In this document: in pieces, positions 7,916-12,135 of the stretch | Layout of the letters: each line of letters begins with the position of its first letter | Numbering within the stretch: the stretch's first letter is position 1 | Assembly (NCBI GenBank): GCA_041548245.1 | Contig: JBFESZ010000064.1 | Location: 1 to 12,135 of the forward strand | Length of the DNA: 12,135 nucleotides | Direction: 5' to 3' | DNA from: Sulfurimonadaceae bacterium | Lineage (GTDB): Bacteria > Campylobacterota > Campylobacteria > Campylobacterales > Sulfurimonadaceae | Position numbers and translations under genes: made by a program | The notes under the pieces: generated by a model | What the model saw: only the letters and a program-made list of their open reading frames with translations | Databases searched by the model: none | What the model was told of the DNA's origin: nothing

Positions 7916-8338
7916 CTACCACTCTTTTTTTAATTCGGCTTCGTCCAATACATCATAGAAACCTTTCACTTCTCGTCCACCCCAGGTATCATGGAAGACT
8001 CTTCCATTAGACTCTAGAAAATAGTGTCGAGGAACCCCTTTGGTCTGAAACCATCCTGGAATCTTATGTTGGTCTCTTGAGAGGTAGACAAGCACATAAT
8101 CTTTTTTGAGTTTCTCAATGACACCTTGGTCTGAGAGAGTTTTCTCTTTAAACCTCTTACAGAATTTACATTTGTCAGCACCAATAAAGAGGTAAACATC
8201 TTTGTTCTCTTTTTTTGCCTGAACCAAGGCTTTGTCATAGTCATGCAGCCAGTCGAGTTCAGTAGCATAGCCCGAAACCGCCATTGCTAATATTAATGCA
8301 AAAAAATTGATGATGGAAAATCTTTTTATATCGTTCAT
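7916..8338 (-). CDS. Exported thioredoxin-fold protein (CKFC)
   Basis: Signal peptide, LDWLHDYDKALVQAKKENKDVYLFIGADKCKFCKRF, cis-Pro loop GVPRHYFL. Confidence 0.88.
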   Translation of the reverse strand: MNDIKRFSIINFFALILAMAVSGYATELDWLHDYDKALVQAKKENKDVYLFIGADKCKFCKRFKEKTLSDQGVIEKLKKDYVLVYLSRDQHKIPGWFQTKGVPRHYFLESNGRVFHDTWGGREVKGFYDVLDEAELKKEW

Positions 8339-8462
8339 AGTTTTACCTAACTTATTTTAATTATAATATTTTACTAAAAATTAACTGATGAAATTCCTAA
8401 GTAATTGGCTTAGTCTATATTGTTATTGTGTGGTAAACGTGAGAATGAGATAGGGAAGAGGA

Positions 8463-8747
8463 TTAGTCTTCCTGAGGAAATTGATAGAAATAGTGGTTGA
8501 GATAATGAACGACATCATAGGTCTCATCATCAAACCAGTCCGCATCGTTTTGAAAGGCACACCATTGGACCTGTTTTTTCAGTCGTTTAAAGTTTTTTAT
8601 TTTTCGGTCTTCATCTATGAAGATATCATGACTGTGACATTTCGAGCATCTCTCTTTGTCATACAATACTTTCCCATTTTTTGTATCGGCTGGTAAAGAA
8701 GAAGGCAGGAAAAATGCAATGGCCAAACAAAATAGCTTTACGTTCAT
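8463..8747 (-). CDS. Small monoheme c-type cytochrome, probable His/Cys ligation (green-heme-protein-like)
   Basis: SD GAGG 6 nt before ATG 8747, signal peptide, CSKCH heme motif, RKIKNFKRLKKQVQWC...WFDDETYDVVHYLNHYFYQF. No Met in the mature protein. Confidence 0.82.
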   Translation of the reverse strand: MNVKLFCLAIAFFLPSSLPADTKNGKVLYDKERCSKCHSHDIFIDEDRKIKNFKRLKKQVQWCAFQNDADWFDDETYDVVHYLNHYFYQFPQED

Positions 8748-8935
8748 GAAAAACCTCTTCATCTATTAATAATACTAATAATATAACGAACTCTTATTCG
8801 ATCATTCCTTAAATATTTTTTTACGAGTATAGATAAAGGTTAATGCTTTCAATAAAATACCTTAAATATATAGCATTATATTATCTTATATTGTGTTATA
8901 ATTTTTTTTTATGATTTTAACATAGGGGTATACAG

Positions 8936-9361
8936 ATGGATACAGTGATGTTATTAATGGGTGGCGGACTTTTCTTTAGTCTTTTCGTGTTTTTCATCTG
9001 TGAAGAGAAATCTCTCAGAGATGCGAGTTTCTCTGATATGAAGTGTCTTATTAAAGAGAGAGTAGAGGTGTCAAAATGTTTTGAACAGTTTCAAACCATT
9101 CGATACATCATCACCTATTTTGTCATTCTGGTTATCTTTGACGTGCTCATTGCCAACTTTGTATATCTACCGCAAGGGTTTGGTCTGTTTGAAGTACTTG
9201 TCTATACCTTTGTTCCTTCTTTTGTCGGTTCGGGGATCATCCTGCTGATCAAATGGACCTATCAACCCATTATCAAACTGATTTCTTCGTTCATGTTTGG
9301 CTCAATTTTCATTGGTGCTTCAGCAACGGCCTTTGCGATTGTTTATCTTTTCAGTACATAA
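8936..9361 (+). CDS. Hypothetical membrane protein (about 4 TM)
   Basis: Four hydrophobic stretches; TGTTATAAT at 8894-8902 and AGGGG SD upstream. Confidence 0.75.
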   Translation: MDTVMLLMGGGLFFSLFVFFICEEKSLRDASFSDMKCLIKERVEVSKCFEQFQTIRYIITYFVILVIFDVLIANFVYLPQGFGLFEVLVYTFVPSFVGSGIILLIKWTYQPIIKLISSFMFGSIFIGASATAFAIVYLFST

Positions 9362-9460
9362 AGAGGGATGTTTCTGTCTGTAGATGAGGATAAGTTCAAA
9401 TAATTATTTTAGATGTTTGAATGTATAATCTAAAAAACTATTTCCGGTCTTAGGACTCTT

Positions 9461-10891
9461 ATGCATCAAGAACAAACCTCTTTTTTCACGGGATTTTTTG
9501 AGAGCGGTCACTCTTTTGGAAAAGATGAGATCCTTTTAAAGTTTCAATACCGTGTGATCAATATGGTCTTGTTGGTGATGGGTGTTTTTACTTTTATATT
9601 TGCCATGTTGAGTACGCTCGGCATCGATCCTCTTGGAATCATACAAACGGTTGCAAACTATATCCTGACTTTTGTCTCTTTTGTCATAATCATACGTCTA
9701 AGAGGTCCTAAAAAAAACTATCTTCAAAATGCCTACTTGATGTATGGTGCGGCTATGGCTAATTTTATAACCGCGCTGGTTTTTGTCCCGCATGATGAGT
9801 TTCGGATTATCTGGTTCTATCTGCTTACCTTTGCTGCATATATCACAGGCGGTATACGTGCAGGTAGTATGATTACGGCCTTGTCTATTTTCATTGTACT
9901 TACCACCAATGTGATATATGACCTTAAACTCTCCGAAACAGCGATTATCAGTTCCGTATTGGGTCTGATTATCGCAAGTCTGTTCTTTCGTTCTTATACA
10001 AAGAAGATTATGGATTTTGAGCAAGAGATTATGGCACAACAGCTTCAACTTGCAAAGTTTAATGAGGAGCTTGAAAATAAAGTCACCCAAAAGACAAAAG
10101 AGCTGCAGGATCTTAATGAGTCACTTGAGAGTATTGTGGCCAACAAAGTCGCTAAGATCACTGAACAAGAAAGGCTGATGATCGCACAGTCACGCCTGGC
10201 AACGATGGGTGAGATGCTGAGTATGATCGCCCATCAATGGCGTCAGCCCCTCTCAACGATGACACTTTTGATTACCAAAGAGAGGTTAAAGGCGATGGTG
10301 GAAGGAACTGAGCCAAGCGAGACTGATATGATCCTTGAGAAGATATCAGATATGCTGGTCTATCTTTCTGATACGATCGATGATTTCCAAACTTATTTCA
10401 AGCCGGACAAAGCCACGCAAGAGATAGCTGTGAGTATGCTCATGGAGCGCCTTGAGCATTTCATTGAACCAAGACTTCTTCAGGAAAAAGTGACCTTAGA
10501 TATTAAGCTGCATCAAGATATGAGAATCAATACCTATACGAATGAAGTTATTCAGGCCTTTATCAATATCATCAACAATGCGATCGATGTTCTGGTAGAG
10601 AAGCGTGAGAAAGAACGTCATATCTGGATAAAGGTGGACAGTGCTGATGAGAGTGTCATGATCAGCGTAGAGGACAATGGCGGAGGTATAGATAGCGAGA
10701 TTATTGATAGGATATTTGAACCTTATTTCAGCAAGAAGTCTAAAAATGGGACGGGATTGGGATTGTATATGGCGAAGATGATCATTGAAAAACATATCGG
10801 TGGAACTCTTGATGTTGTCAACACATCAAATGGTGCACATTTCAGCATTGTTTTGCCTGCGAAGACCATACCGATGGTGTATAACGCATAA
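9461..10891 (+). CDS. Membrane-bound sensor histidine kinase (about 6 TM, coiled coil, HisKA + HATPase_c)
   Basis: H-box IAHQWRQPL, N-box NIINNAID, G1 DNGGGI, F-box FEPYF, G2 GTGLGLY. TATAAT at 9424-9429 and SD AGGA at 9452-9455. Confidence 0.95.
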   Translation: MHQEQTSFFTGFFESGHSFGKDEILLKFQYRVINMVLLVMGVFTFIFAMLSTLGIDPLGIIQTVANYILTFVSFVIIIRLRGPKKNYLQNAYLMYGAAMANFITALVFVPHDEFRIIWFYLLTFAAYITGGIRAGSMITALSIFIVLTTNVIYDLKLSETAIISSVLGLIIASLFFRSYTKKIMDFEQEIMAQQLQLAKFNEELENKVTQKTKELQDLNESLESIVANKVAKITEQERLMIAQSRLATMGEMLSMIAHQWRQPLSTMTLLITKERLKAMVEGTEPSETDMILEKISDMLVYLSDTIDDFQTYFKPDKATQEIAVSMLMERLEHFIEPRLLQEKVTLDIKLHQDMRINTYTNEVIQAFINIINNAIDVLVEKREKERHIWIKVDSADESVMISVEDNGGGIDSEIIDRIFEPYFSKKSKNGTGLGLYMAKMIIEKHIGGTLDVVNTSNGAHFSIVLPAKTIPMVYNA

Positions 10892-10945
10892 ATAAAAGAA
10901 ATAGATGGGTTTTATGAGGGATTGTTGATGCTCGGTTGCAGATAA

Positions 10946-10954
10946 TGGTATAAT
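10946..10954 (+). promoter_or_regulatory. Extended -10 (TGgTATAAT) driving the leader ORF and receptor transcript
   Basis: TGGTATAAT, then SD AAAGGGG (10966-10972) and ATG 10978. Confidence 0.65.
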
Positions 10955-10977
10955 TGCGAAAAAAGAAAGGGGCTCGT

Positions 10978-11250
10978 ATGATCAAGAAAAAATATCGACT
11001 GTTCATACTTGCTCTTGTATTTGCCGGGACACTTCTTTCCAGTTTCCATTATCATGATGATATCTATGTGGATGATGACTGTCCAGTCTGTGTCATTCAG
11101 CATGTCTTCGCCATTGCGGATATCCCTGAAACTCTCAGTTTGGAAGAGCTGGCTCTTTTTATCCTGATCCCTCTTTTAGCAGGGGAGACTTATTTCTCGT
11201 TAAAGCTCATAAACAGCTGTCCTTCCCGCGCACCTCCCTCTTTTTCCTAA
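10978..11250 (+). CDS. DUF2946/CruR-like regulatory leader protein with HxH, CxxC and C-terminal RAPP arrest motif (90 aa)
   Basis: Basic N-terminus plus hydrophobic helix (res 1-23), H24-Y-H26, C35-P-V-C38, R84-A-P-P87, three residues before the stop. SD and -10 positions favour ATG 10978 over TTG 10954. Confidence 0.8.
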   Translation: MIKKKYRLFILALVFAGTLLSSFHYHDDIYVDDDCPVCVIQHVFAIADIPETLSLEELALFILIPLLAGETYFSLKLINSCPSRAPPSFS

Positions 11251-11290
11251 CTTTAATCAACCAAACAATTATTATCATTATTAGGAAAAA
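11241..11290 (+). promoter_or_regulatory. Anti-SD/SD hairpin (translational attenuator) of the downstream receptor gene
   Basis: TTTTTCCTAA (11241-11250) is the exact reverse complement of TTAGGAAAAA (11281-11290), which contains the SD AGGA of ATG 11293. Confidence 0.7.
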
Positions 11291-11292
11291 AC

Positions 11293-12135
11293 ATGAAAAA
11301 ATTTCTTTATCTAGCTCTGTATGCTAGTACACTACTTTATGCAGATGCACCTGCACTAAAACCTATGCAAGAGCGTACATTTGTACAGTCTCAATATATG
11401 CCTGATATCTCCTTGATAGCAGATCTTTCAATGGTCTCTCGCAATAAAGAACAGGATGAACTTCCAGCTTACAGTATTCCAGGTGTGAGTGAAGCATTTT
11501 TCGGCAGTGGAGATAACGAGCATTCTCACGGTACCTATAATGCAGAAAACGGGTTTAATCTTAATTATGCCGAACTTGTCATGTCATCAAGTGTAGACCC
11601 TTTTCTCAGTTTTGATGCCGTTTTTCATTTTGCACAAGAGGGTGTGGATATTGAAGAGGCCTACTTTACGACGACTGCTCTCGGGCATGGAGTGAGGATT
11701 CGCGGCGGGAAGTTCTTAAGCGGTTTTGGCAGGCATAATGCCCAACACCATCATATATGGGACTTCAGTGACGCGCCGCTGATCTATCAAGGGTTTCTGG
11801 GCGGGGCTTTGAACGAAAAAGGTCTGCAGTTTCAATATACGCCTGCATTGTCTGAATATGTGATGTTGGGAGCTGAGGTCTTACAAGGCGAGAATGAAAG
11901 TACATTCGGCAATAGGACACAAACGTTTGAGAACAATGATACGCTTAAAGGAGCAGAAGCCCCGTCGATGTTTGTCGCTTATGCCAAGACATCTTTTGAT
12001 ATTGGTGAAACAACAGTGATCCCGGGTCTCGCCTATGTCTATGGCGAGACAAGAAGTTATCATTTGCATGAAGGTGTTGAAGAAGCGTTTAGCGGAGTCA
12101 GTTGGATATACAATGCGGAACTGACAGTAAAGCAC
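11293..12135 (+). CDS. His-rich outer-membrane beta-barrel receptor/porin, probably for metal uptake (resembles proteins annotated 'zinc-regulated TonB-dependent outer membrane receptor'); 3'-truncated, absent from the ORF track
   Basis: Own translation, open for 281 codons to the window end: MKKFLYLALYASTLLYA|DAPALK...PDISLIAD...EHSHGTYNAENGFNLNYAELVMSSSVDPF...DIEEAYFTT...RGGKFLSGFGRHNAQHHHIWDFSDAPLIY...NEKGLQFQY...LGAEVLQGENE...YHLHEG. Confidence 0.85.
   Translation, partial: MKKFLYLALYASTLLYADAPALKPMQERTFVQSQYMPDISLIADLSMVSRNKEQDELPAYSIPGVSEAFFGSGDNEHSHGTYNAENGFNLNYAELVMSSSVDPFLSFDAVFHFAQEGVDIEEAYFTTTALGHGVRIRGGKFLSGFGRHNAQHHHIWDFSDAPLIYQGFLGGALNEKGLQFQYTPALSEYVMLGAEVLQGENESTFGNRTQTFENNDTLKGAEAPSMFVAYAKTSFDIGETTVIPGLAYVYGETRSYHLHEGVEEAFSGVSWIYNAELTVKH

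Noticed and set aside
6482-8338. Assigning soxW/dsb gene symbols to the thioredoxin-fold proteins
   Set aside because: No sox or dsbD/ccdA context in the window; the fold is supported but orthology is not.
6994-11103. ORFs 6994-7254, 7493-7696, 8014-8268, 8481-8696, 9698-10090, 10496-10795 and 10912-11103
   Set aside because: Shadows of better-supported genes.
11881-12135. 84-aa minus-strand ORF in the track
   Set aside because: Antisense shadow of the plus-strand receptor gene starting at 11293.
1-12135. CRISPR arrays, IS/transposases, integrases, prophage, tRNA/rRNA, known defence systems
   Set aside because: No periodic repeats, terminal inverted repeats or diagnostic protein/RNA motifs were seen by eye.

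Overview
AT-rich bacterial chromosomal window, most likely Campylobacterota (Sulfurimonas/Sulfurovum-like, inferred from gnTATAAT promoters, a HQWRQPL-type histidine kinase and the gene set). It holds about 17 genes: a partial outer-membrane beta-barrel, small hypotheticals, a VF530/DUF2132 protein, two HAD hydrolases, a degenerate DEAD-box helicase C-terminal-domain protein, an ABC-F ATPase, an exported redox group (two CxxC thioredoxin-fold proteins, a Tat-exported superoxide-reductase-like protein, a probable His/Cys monoheme cytochrome c) and an orphan sensor kinase. The most notable element is at the right end. A 90-aa membrane-targeted leader ORF carries HxH and CxxC motifs and a C-terminal RAPP ribosome-arrest motif. 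Its last codons form a perfect 10-bp anti-Shine-Dalgarno arm against the RBS of a downstream His-rich outer-membrane receptor/porin gene that the ORF track missed. This is a candidate metal-sensing translational attenuator. Three genes appear to be leaderless. No mobile elements, CRISPR arrays, tRNA or rRNA were seen. All family assignments are from motif recognition, not database searches.
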